From positions 1-42,006 of the forward strand of contig CAZUSI010000002.1 of NCBI GenBank assembly GCA_964623395.1: a stretch of DNA of 42,006 bases. The letters run 5' to 3'. Numbering within the stretch: position 1 is the first letter of the stretch; every line of letters begins with the position of its first letter. The position numbers and the translations under genes are program-made. Positions 35,579 through 42,006 of the stretch are shown one piece after another. The DNA comes from an uncultured bacterium (GTDB lineage: Bacteria; Hydrothermota; Hydrothermia; Hydrothermales; Hydrothermaceae). The notes below the pieces were generated by a model. It made no database searches, was not told where the DNA came from, and saw nothing but the letters and a program-made list of their open reading frames with translations.

Positions 35579-36495
35579 TAAAAGTTTTCTTCTATGTAAT
35601 CATAGGCAGCCATTGCAGCAATTGCTCCATCTGCTGCACTTGTTACAATCTGTTTTAAACTCTTTTTTCTTACATCACCAATTGCATATATTCCTTTTAC
35701 ACTTGTTTCCATTTTTTCATTAACTATAACATATCCATTTTCATCAATTTCTGCAATCCCTCTTAAAATTTCAGAATTTGGTATAAAACCTATAAAGATA
35801 AAAACTGCTGAACATTCTAAATTTTTAATTTCTTTTGTCTTAACATCTTCAAGAATAACACCTTCAACTTTATTTTTTCCATATATTTCCTTAACGACCT
35901 TTTCTAAAAGCAATTCTATCTTAGGATTTTTATAAATTCTTTCCACATATTTGCCTGCTGCCCTAAATTTATCTCTTCTATGAACTATATAGACCTTTTT
36001 TCCAAACCTTGTTAAATAGTTTGCTTCAAGTACAGCAGTATCACCACCTCCAACAACTAATATTTCTTTATCTTTAAAAAATGGTCCATCACATATTGCA
36101 CAATAGGATACCCCTTTCCCCAAAAATTCCTTTTCTCCAGGGACATTTAAGTTTTTATGTCTTGCACCAGTTGCAACAATAACTGCTTTGCATTTATATT
36201 CATTATAAGGTGTTTTAATTATTTTATAATTTCCAATAATTTTTATTTCTTTTGCTTCTTCAAAAATTATTTCTGCTCCAAACTTTTTAGCATGTTCTTG
36301 AAAATTCTTTATTAAATCTTGTGCCTTTATTCCTTCAGGAAAACCCGGATAATCCTCAATAGTTTCAGTTAAAGCCATTTGCCCGCCAATTACTTCTTTT
36401 TCTAAAACAAGTGTTTTTAAATTGCTTCTCCCTGCATAAAGAGCAGCAGTTAATCCCCCTGGTCCAGAACCTATTACTATTAAATCGTATTCCAT
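35578..36495 (-). CDS. trxB: thioredoxin-disulfide reductase
   Basis: 305 aa. FAD motif GSGPGGLTAALYAGR, redox CAICDG, NADPH motif GGGDTAVLEANYL. The stop overlaps the ccmF ATG by 1 nt (TAATG). Confidence 0.93.
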   Translation of the reverse strand: MEYDLIVIGSGPGGLTAALYAGRSNLKTLVLEKEVIGGQMALTETIEDYPGFPEGIKAQDLIKNFQEHAKKFGAEIIFEEAKEIKIIGNYKIIKTPYNEYKCKAVIVATGARHKNLNVPGEKEFLGKGVSYCAICDGPFFKDKEILVVGGGDTAVLEANYLTRFGKKVYIVHRRDKFRAAGKYVERIYKNPKIELLLEKVVKEIYGKNKVEGVILEDVKTKEIKNLECSAVFIFIGFIPNSEILRGIAEIDENGYVIVNEKMETSVKGIYAIGDVRKKSLKQIVTSAADGAIAAMAAYDYIEENF

Positions 36496-36521
36496 TTTAA
36501 GTTTTTTATTTTAAAGATTTT

Positions 36522-37694
36522 TTATTCCTTTTCCAAAACAAGACCCTTTAAATAAAAACTTTCTGGAAAATAAAGAGAAATTGGATGACATGGGCTTTGA
36601 AATAAAAAATCTTTTATAAATATTATAAAATTTTTATTTTTTTGAACATTCACAACATTTTCAATTAAATCGTTTATTTCAACTGCCTGAGTGCAAGAAA
36701 ATGTAGCACATATTCCCCCTTTATTCATTATTTCAAATATTTCTGAATGTAAATTTTTATAGGCATTTAAAGCCCTTTCTTTTTTACTTTTTTTATGAGT
36801 AAAGGAAGGTGGATCATTTATTATAAGGTCAAATCCAATTTTTAACTTTTTAATTTCCTTTAATTTTTCAAAAACATCTCCGCATATTAAAGTAACCTTT
36901 TTTAAAGGTAAATTGTTTAAAAGTACATTTTCCTTTAAAAGATTTAATGCTTTTTCAGATATTTCAACTACAAATACCCTTTCACAATCCTCTTTTAAAA
37001 AATGAATTGCAAAAGCACCTGTATAAGAAAATAGATCAAGACATGTTTTCCCCTTTGCATATTTTTTTAATTTTAATCTATTTATTTTTTGGTCAAGAAA
37101 AAAACCAGTTTTTTGACCTTCTTCAATATCAACTAAAAAATTTAGTCCTTCTGTAAATATAAGATAAGGATTTTTTAATTTCCCATAATGTAATTTTTTA
37201 AAATTTTCAAGACCTTCTTCTTTTCTTCCAATTCCATCACTTTTCTCAAATATAAATAATGGATCAAAAAGATTTTTTAATGCTTTAACTATGAATTCCC
37301 TTTTCCTTTCCATTCCTGCTGAATTTATTTGGAAAACAAATCCCAAAGAGAATTTATCTATTATAAGACCCGTTAAAAAATCACTTTCAGAAAATACTAC
37401 TCTAAAACTTTCATCTTTTTCAAAATAATTTAATCTTTTTAAAAAACTTCTTTCAATTCTTTTTTCAATTTCTTCATAAGAAAGTTCTTTAAATTCCTTA
37501 TAGGTATGAATTCTTAAAGTTTTATAACTTGAAGGATTATAAAATCCAGTTCCTATTATTTTATTTTCCTTATTTATTATTAAAACCTCTTCTCCCTTTT
37601 CTATTCCCTCATCAATTTCAATTATTTTGGATTTCAAAATATAAGGATGAGGAAAATTTAAAGAAGAGGAGATATTTACTTTTACCTTTTTCAA
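36522..37694 (-). CDS. class I SAM-dependent rRNA (cytosine-C5) methyltransferase, RlmI-like (PUA + MTase)
   Basis: 390 aa with SAM motif DLFSYTGAFAIH and catalytic-type motif IINDPPSF. TTG start in the track. Confidence 0.8.
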   Translation of the reverse strand: MKKVKVNISSSLNFPHPYILKSKIIEIDEGIEKGEEVLIINKENKIIGTGFYNPSSYKTLRIHTYKEFKELSYEEIEKRIERSFLKRLNYFEKDESFRVVFSESDFLTGLIIDKFSLGFVFQINSAGMERKREFIVKALKNLFDPLFIFEKSDGIGRKEEGLENFKKLHYGKLKNPYLIFTEGLNFLVDIEEGQKTGFFLDQKINRLKLKKYAKGKTCLDLFSYTGAFAIHFLKEDCERVFVVEISEKALNLLKENVLLNNLPLKKVTLICGDVFEKLKEIKKLKIGFDLIINDPPSFTHKKSKKERALNAYKNLHSEIFEIMNKGGICATFSCTQAVEINDLIENVVNVQKNKNFIIFIKDFLFQSPCHPISLYFPESFYLKGLVLEKE

Positions 37695-37715
37695 GATAAT
37701 TATTTTATTTCTAAT

Positions 37716-37744
37716 TTGACAATCATTTCAATTTTCTTTATAAT
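37716..37744 (+). promoter_or_regulatory. consensus sigma70-type promoter for the response regulator/EAL operon
   Basis: TTGACA (37716-37721), 17-nt spacer, TATAAT (37739-37744), then 8 nt to the ATG at 37753. No SD is present. Confidence 0.6.
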
Positions 37745-37752
37745 AATCATTT

Positions 37753-38136
37753 ATGAAAAATTTTATTTTAATTTCAGAAGATAAAAATTTTGTTCAAGTT
37801 TTTAAAGAACATTTTGAATTTGCTGACGAATATAAAATTTTTCATTTATCATATGAAGAAAAAGAACAAATTGAAAGTTTTTCTCCTGATTTAATAATTT
37901 TAGATATTTCTTATGAAAATTTAAAAGAAGGAATAAACATTTTAAATTTTGTAAAGATTTCAAAAAATATCAGCAATGTGCCAGTAGTTATTATTTCCTC
38001 TTATAATGACCCTGATTTTCTTTTAAAAATTTTAAAGGAAGGTGCTGAAGATTTTATTGAAAAAGTGAGCGATTTTAATTTAATAAAGGAAAGAATAAAA
38101 TATATAATAAAAAGGAAGGAAAATGAAAACATTTGA
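37753..38136 (+). CDS. stand-alone response regulator receiver domain protein
   Basis: 127 aa. Acidic pocket SED, putative phospho-acceptor in DLIILDIS, a conserved Ser in VVIISS and a conserved Lys in DFIEKV. Confidence 0.8.
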   Translation: MKNFILISEDKNFVQVFKEHFEFADEYKIFHLSYEEKEQIESFSPDLIILDISYENLKEGINILNFVKISKNISNVPVVIISSYNDPDFLLKILKEGAEDFIEKVSDFNLIKERIKYIIKRKENENI

Positions 38137-39385
38137 CCCAATTGAATTTAAAAAGATTATTGAGGAATATGCAAATTTTAAAAGTGTTATTTATGATCCA
38201 CTAACAAAATTACCAACTTTTATTGGTGTTTTGAATGAAATTAAGGAAAGGCTTGAAAATGAAAAGAAAATTGGTCTTATCTCCGTAAAAATTTTAGAAG
38301 GAGATAAACTTGAAATGGAATATGGTTTTGAAGTATATGATGAATGGATTTTAAAGATTGCAGAAATTTTGAAAAACATTGTTATCAAAAAATTTTCTCC
38401 CTTTGAAAACCCTTTACTTTTTATATCTCAACCAAGAGGGGATCATTTTCTTCTTGCCTTTTACCCAATAAAAGAAGGAAAAATTCTTGAAGAAGAAATA
38501 GATGAAATTCTTATGAAAGAGCTTTCAATTTCTTGTAAAGTTAAATATGTAGAAATACTTTATGATCCTGCAAATAGGGCAGAAAGGGTTATAGGAAGGG
38601 TCTTTGAAAAATTAGAAATGGAAAGAGCAAGAGAGGAAAGTAAAATGGAGATAAGGTTAAGGGCAATTTTTAAAAGTGCTTTAAAAAGGGCGGATATAAA
38701 AACAGTTTTTCAACCAATATATGATATAGAAAAAAATGAAATTTTTGGATATGAAGCACTTTCAAGAGGTCCTAAAGGCACAGAAATTGAGGAACCTTTA
38801 ATGCTTTTTTCAATGGCAGATGCACTTGATGAACTTTTAAAATTAGAATCTATTTGCCATTGGAAAGCACTTTTAAGTTATAAAAAAATAGAGAACTCAA
38901 AGGATAAATATTTATTTTTAAATACTTCATCAAAATTATTACAAGAAAAAGCAGAAGATTTTATGAAGGAACTTATAAAAACAATTGATGAATTAAATTA
39001 TGAAAGGAATAAGATTGTTATAGAAATAACAGAAAGATATGCAATAAGTGATTTTAAAACACTTATAAAAAATATAAATTTTTTAAAAGAAAATGGCTTT
39101 TTAATATCAATTGATGATGTTGGGGTTGGTTATTCTTCATTGCATACCCTTGCAGAACTTAAACCTGATTTTCTTAAATATGATATGATACTTGTTAGAG
39201 ATATGCATAAGGATTTGATAAAGCAAAGGTTATTAGAGATGATTTTAAATTTTGGAAAATCTGTTAATACACCTGTTATTGCTGAAGGCGTTGAAAAAAA
39301 GGAAGAGTATGAAAGCCTTTTAAATCTTGGTGTTAAATATGCTCAAGGTTTTTATCTTTCTCCGCCTTTAGAAGTTGAAATTTAA
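38123..39385 (+). CDS. degenerate GGDEF - EAL domain protein (predicted c-di-GMP phosphodiesterase)
   Basis: 420 aa. EAL-domain motifs YEALSRGP, IEITE, DDVGVGYSS, AEGVE and AQGF. The N-terminal GGDEF-like fold has RGDHF in place of GG(D/E)EF. 14-nt overlap with the receiver gene. Confidence 0.85.
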   Translation: MKTFDPIEFKKIIEEYANFKSVIYDPLTKLPTFIGVLNEIKERLENEKKIGLISVKILEGDKLEMEYGFEVYDEWILKIAEILKNIVIKKFSPFENPLLFISQPRGDHFLLAFYPIKEGKILEEEIDEILMKELSISCKVKYVEILYDPANRAERVIGRVFEKLEMERAREESKMEIRLRAIFKSALKRADIKTVFQPIYDIEKNEIFGYEALSRGPKGTEIEEPLMLFSMADALDELLKLESICHWKALLSYKKIENSKDKYLFLNTSSKLLQEKAEDFMKELIKTIDELNYERNKIVIEITERYAISDFKTLIKNINFLKENGFLISIDDVGVGYSSLHTLAELKPDFLKYDMILVRDMHKDLIKQRLLEMILNFGKSVNTPVIAEGVEKKEEYESLLNLGVKYAQGFYLSPPLEVEI

Positions 39386-41271
39386 TCGGTTTTTATAATA
39401 ACAAACTCAACCCTTCTATTTTGTGCCCTTCCTTCTCTTGAAGTATTTGGTGCTATTGGCATTGTCTCTCCATACCCTCTTGCTATAAGTCGAGATGGGT
39501 CTATTCCATGTCTTGTTATTAAATAACTTCTCACTGACTCTGCCCTTCTTTGAGAAAGTTCCATGTTATAACTATCAGAACCAACCGAATCAGTATGTCC
39601 CTGAATTTCAACATATGCTTTTGGATTTGCCTTTAAAAATTCTGCAACCTGATCTAAAATTGGAAAAGATTCCGGCTTAATCGTTGCTTTACCTGTATCA
39701 AAATAAATATTTTGGAGTCTTATCCTTTCTCCAACCTTAGCAACTTTTTTAAGTCTGAAATCTTTAATCATAGGAACCCCTTCACTTGCTATAATTGGTT
39801 CATCCTGTGGAACATAACCTTCTGCTTCAACATGTATTACATAAGAGCCAGGTGAAACTTGCAATTTATAAATTCCTGTTGAAGGATCACTTATTGTTTT
39901 ATATTCTGTATTTGGAATACTTATGTTTGCACCTATTGGTTTTTCATCTATGTTATCAATAACTTTACCTGTTATAAGAATAAGTGGTTTTTTATTTAAG
40001 GCAAAATCCACAATTATTTCTTCTCCCTCCTTTAAACTTACTATCTTTTCTTTCCATTTATAACCTTCCTTTTCGCAATGTATTCTATATGTTCCAGGCT
40101 CCAATTCTATTTTATATATTCCTGTTTCAATATCAGAAGAAATTGATGGCAAATTTGTCCCTGGAAATGAAATTTGTGCAGAAATTGGTTCTCCTGTTTC
40201 TGCATCCGTAACCTTACCTATTATTTTTGCTATCGGTTTAGGAGGTGGTGGAGGTGGTGGAGGTGGTGGAGCAGGCAAAAGATTTGCTACATTTGATATT
40301 TGGAAAACAAATCTCCATTCATGGGAGAATTCCTGCAATTTATAATCGGTTGATAAAATATATCTTAAACTATCATTTAGTTTCCCTATCCTTGTATCTA
40401 TTGCAAAATCAAAATTTGGACCACCAGGAGTTTTAAACCTTATTCCAGGTGTAAGAGAAACCGCATTTTCCTTCCATTCTGTAAAGTATATTCCTGAAAA
40501 ATCAAATATTAAATCAACATAATCTCCAAGAGAAAGAATTACCCCTGCTCCCCAAGTAAGGGCATTTGTATTTTTTAATTTTAAAGTATCAATTTTTTTC
40601 TTTCCTGTATTTTTATCAAAAATAACATAAGGAATTAATGTATCACCTTCTATTAAAGGTTTGTTTAAATAAAAAAATCCCCCATTTAAGGAAATTGTTA
40701 AAATTTGAATGTTTAAATCTAAGGCACTATTTATATAAAATTGTGGATATCTTCTTATAAATGGAGGAAATCCATATTTAAACAAAAATTCATCTTCCCT
40801 TTTCTTTTGATAACCCCTATTTGGGAAATAGGAAGTGAAAAGTATTCCACTACTAATTTTTAAATTTGATGCTGTATCTTCAAAAAATGAAGTTCCAAAT
40901 TTTGTAAATACATCTATTCCTCTATAAGCAACAAGTCCTAAGTCATTTCTTGTAAGACCTTGAAAATCTGTTTTTTCTATAATTTTGCCTTCAAAATCTC
41001 CTCTTGCTCCAATTTCCCATGTATTAAAAGGAGAATAGGATAATCCAAATTTTCCCCTTATAAAATGTCTTCTGTCTTCAACAGGAATTTTTGTAGAATC
41101 AAATTGAAAAACGCTTGTATCCCTATTTTTATAATTTTCAAAAAAATAAGAAGAATAAAGATGAAAGGATAAATTTCCTTTACCTGAAGGAAGGGCAGAC
41201 ATATTTCTTAAAAAACCTGAAACACCATAAAAATTTGGAACTGTATATAAAATTAGAAATAAAATTTTCAT
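39382..41271 (-). CDS. OmpA-family outer-membrane protein: N-terminal beta-barrel-like domain, Pro10 hinge, 2x CarboxypepD_reg-like domains, OmpA_C
   Basis: 629 aa. OmpA_C motifs NIYFDTGKATIKPES, IQGHTDSVGSDSYNMELSQRRAESV and NRRVEFVI. Two paralogous about 90-aa repeats begin IIGKVTDAETGEPI and ITGKVIDNIDEKPI (transthyretin/CarboxypepD_reg-like). A PAPPPPPPPPPPKP linker joins the N-terminal domain to the repeats. Confidence 0.85.
   Translation of the reverse strand: MKILFLILYTVPNFYGVSGFLRNMSALPSGKGNLSFHLYSSYFFENYKNRDTSVFQFDSTKIPVEDRRHFIRGKFGLSYSPFNTWEIGARGDFEGKIIEKTDFQGLTRNDLGLVAYRGIDVFTKFGTSFFEDTASNLKISSGILFTSYFPNRGYQKKREDEFLFKYGFPPFIRRYPQFYINSALDLNIQILTISLNGGFFYLNKPLIEGDTLIPYVIFDKNTGKKKIDTLKLKNTNALTWGAGVILSLGDYVDLIFDFSGIYFTEWKENAVSLTPGIRFKTPGGPNFDFAIDTRIGKLNDSLRYILSTDYKLQEFSHEWRFVFQISNVANLLPAPPPPPPPPPPKPIAKIIGKVTDAETGEPISAQISFPGTNLPSISSDIETGIYKIELEPGTYRIHCEKEGYKWKEKIVSLKEGEEIIVDFALNKKPLILITGKVIDNIDEKPIGANISIPNTEYKTISDPSTGIYKLQVSPGSYVIHVEAEGYVPQDEPIIASEGVPMIKDFRLKKVAKVGERIRLQNIYFDTGKATIKPESFPILDQVAEFLKANPKAYVEIQGHTDSVGSDSYNMELSQRRAESVRSYLITRHGIDPSRLIARGYGETMPIAPNTSREGRAQNRRVEFVIIKTD
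40240..40269 (-). repeat. tandem 9-nt repeat (CCACCACCT)x3 plus CCT encoding ten consecutive prolines
   Basis: The plus strand reads agg(aggtggtgg)x3. Translated on the minus strand this gives Pro x10 (aa 335-344 of the OmpA-family protein). Confidence 0.95.
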
Positions 41272-41288
41272 TTTAAATTAAATAAAAA

Positions 41289-41362
41289 TGGCCCCAAGGG
41301 GATTTGAACCCCTGCTTTCGCCTTGAAAGAGCGATGTCCTAACCAGGCTAGACGATGGGGCC
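41289..41362 (-). tRNA. tRNA-Glu (anticodon UUC)
   Basis: Hand-folded 74-nt cloverleaf. Acceptor GGCCCCA/TGGGGCC, D-arm GTCT..GGAC, anticodon stem TCGCT/GGCGA with loop CTTTCAA, T-arm AGGGG TTCAAAT CCCCT, discriminator A. No CCA is encoded. Confidence 0.9.
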
Positions 41363-41365
41363 ATT

Positions 41366-41878
41366 TCAAAATTTTTTCTTTGCAGAAATATAAAGTTTTC
41401 TAAATTGTTCATTATCTATTATAGCCTGGTTTATTAAAAAATATGTTTCAAGATTTTTATTTGTTTCCCTTATCCTTTCTGCCATTTCTTCTGAAAGATT
41501 TTTAAGAATTTTTAAACCTATTCTTGGATTTTTTTCTGCTATTTTCCAGAATTTTTCCTTCGATAAAGAAAAAAGGTTTACCTTTTGAGTAGCAACACAG
41601 GTTGCGCTTCTTTCTGCTTCCTGAACAAGACTGAATTCACCAAAAAAATCCCCTTTTTTAAGTTCAGCAAGAACAAGAATTAAATCTCCCCTTTTAAGTC
41701 TTACCTCCACTTTTCCTTCTTTTATTATATACATTTTATTTCCCGGTGCCCCCTCTTCAAATATAATTCTTCCACTTTCAAATTCTGCCTCTTCAAGATT
41801 TTCATAAATTTCTTTAAGTTCTTCTTTATTTAACCCCTTAAATAAACTTACTTCACTTAAAAATTCCATAATTTTCAA
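41366..41878 (-). CDS. cyclic nucleotide-binding (CAP_ED) domain protein without a DNA-binding domain
   Basis: 170 aa with cNMP-binding cassette motifs FFGEFSLVQEAERSATCVA and MYIIKEGKVEV. The track start at 41878 is TTG; the first ATG is at 41869 (MEFLSEV...). Confidence 0.8.
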   Translation of the reverse strand: MKIMEFLSEVSLFKGLNKEELKEIYENLEEAEFESGRIIFEEGAPGNKMYIIKEGKVEVRLKRGDLILVLAELKKGDFFGEFSLVQEAERSATCVATQKVNLFSLSKEKFWKIAEKNPRIGLKILKNLSEEMAERIRETNKNLETYFLINQAIIDNEQFRKLYISAKKKF

Positions 41879-41882
41879 AATA

Positions 41883-41957
41883 TGGGCGATGGAGGAGTTG
41901 AACCTCCGACCTCCACGATGTCAACGTGGCGCTCTAACCAACCTGAGCTAATCGCCC
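41883..41957 (-). tRNA. tRNA-Val (anticodon GAC)
   Basis: Hand-folded 75-nt cloverleaf. Acceptor GGGCGAT/ATCGCCC, D-arm GCTC..GAGC, anticodon stem CCACG/CGTGG with loop TTGACAT, T-arm GGAGG TTCAACT CCTCC, discriminator A. No CCA is encoded. Confidence 0.9.
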
Positions 41958-41972
41958 AAAAATAAGTTTTAA

Positions 41973-42001
41973 ATTATAACAAAAAAGATTGTAAAAGTCA
42001 A
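41973..42001 (-). promoter_or_regulatory. consensus sigma70-type promoter upstream of tRNA-Val
   Basis: Read on the minus strand: TTGACT (42001-41996), 17-nt spacer, TATAAT (41978-41973), then 15 nt to the mature tRNA-Val 5' end. Confidence 0.65.
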
Positions 42002-42006
42002 ATTAT

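Noticed and set aside
1385-40436. All other 60-115-aa ORFs in the track that overlap the large genes (for example 5386-5694, 16970-17293, 23642-23956, 30561-30908, 34596-35028, 39495-40436).
   Set aside because: Each is nested in or antisense to a CDS with clear family motifs. Their translations are low-complexity (F/L/K/I-rich), and none occupies an intergenic gap. I treat them as frame shadows of AT-rich coding DNA.
41289-41957. The tRNA genes as the attachment site of an integrated mobile element or genomic island.
   Set aside because: No integrase, recombinase or phage gene is nearby, and I saw no direct repeat of a tRNA 3' end elsewhere in the window. The flanking genes (OmpA-family, cNMP-binding) have the same composition and style as the rest.
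1-42006. CRISPR arrays, transposases or IS elements, toxin-antitoxin pairs, restriction-modification or other known defence systems, and an alternative genetic code.
   Set aside because: Virtually every base is accounted for by long ORFs with housekeeping or envelope motifs. I saw no spaced direct repeats and no nuclease, integrase or methylase signatures. TGA, TAA and TAG all terminate full-length conserved proteins, and Trp is encoded by TGG, which is consistent with the standard bacterial code.

Overview
The window is an AT-rich, very gene-dense stretch of bacterial chromosome with 38 supported CDS and 2 tRNA genes. Fewer than ten intergenic gaps exceed 10 nt, and most neighbouring genes overlap by 1-35 nt. 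G+C is uneven: single 60-nt lines I counted by hand gave about 15-20 % in glycosyltransferase and membrane genes, against 33-37 % in dnaE, purN and sufS.

The content is mostly housekeeping:
- Replication: dnaE, priA.
- Nucleotide, tRNA and cofactor metabolism: purN, guaA, mnmA, sufS, lipB, trxB.
- Diderm envelope: lpxB, waaA, a GnnA-like oxidoreductase, an ICMT/LmtA-like methyltransferase, three glycosyltransferases, an O-antigen-ligase-like protein and an OmpA-family protein.
- Other: ccmF, and a choice-of-anchor-J protein with a T9SS-type C-terminal sorting domain.

The envelope genes plus the T9SS domain suggest an uncultivated diderm of the FCB-like radiation. That placement is an inference. 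Proteins are K/E/I/F-rich. The standard genetic code fits, since TGA, TAA and TAG all terminate full-length conserved proteins.

I see no CRISPR array, transposase, integrase, prophage or recognisable defence system.

The items most worth a second look are:
1. A tightly coupled four-gene operon, MFS - UPF0104 flippase-like - divergent PlsY-like - B12-binding radical SAM (15515-19516). It looks like an uncharacterised membrane-lipid remodelling module.
2. A lipid A cluster whose gene content predicts Leptospira-like chemistry (GnnA-like plus LmtA-like next to lpxB).
3. A recurring promoter architecture, TTGnnn-17/18-TATAAT placed 6-8 nt before the ATG, implying leaderless mRNAs for operon-first genes.
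4. A cNMP-binding gene wedged between tRNA-Val and tRNA-Glu with 4-nt and 3-nt spacers, under one consensus promoter and followed by the OmpA-like gene.
5. Several orphan signalling modules: CheB, a receiver plus degenerate-GGDEF/EAL pair, and a CAP_ED-only protein.

None of these is proven to be a new system. All functional calls rest on motif recognition by eye, without database searches.
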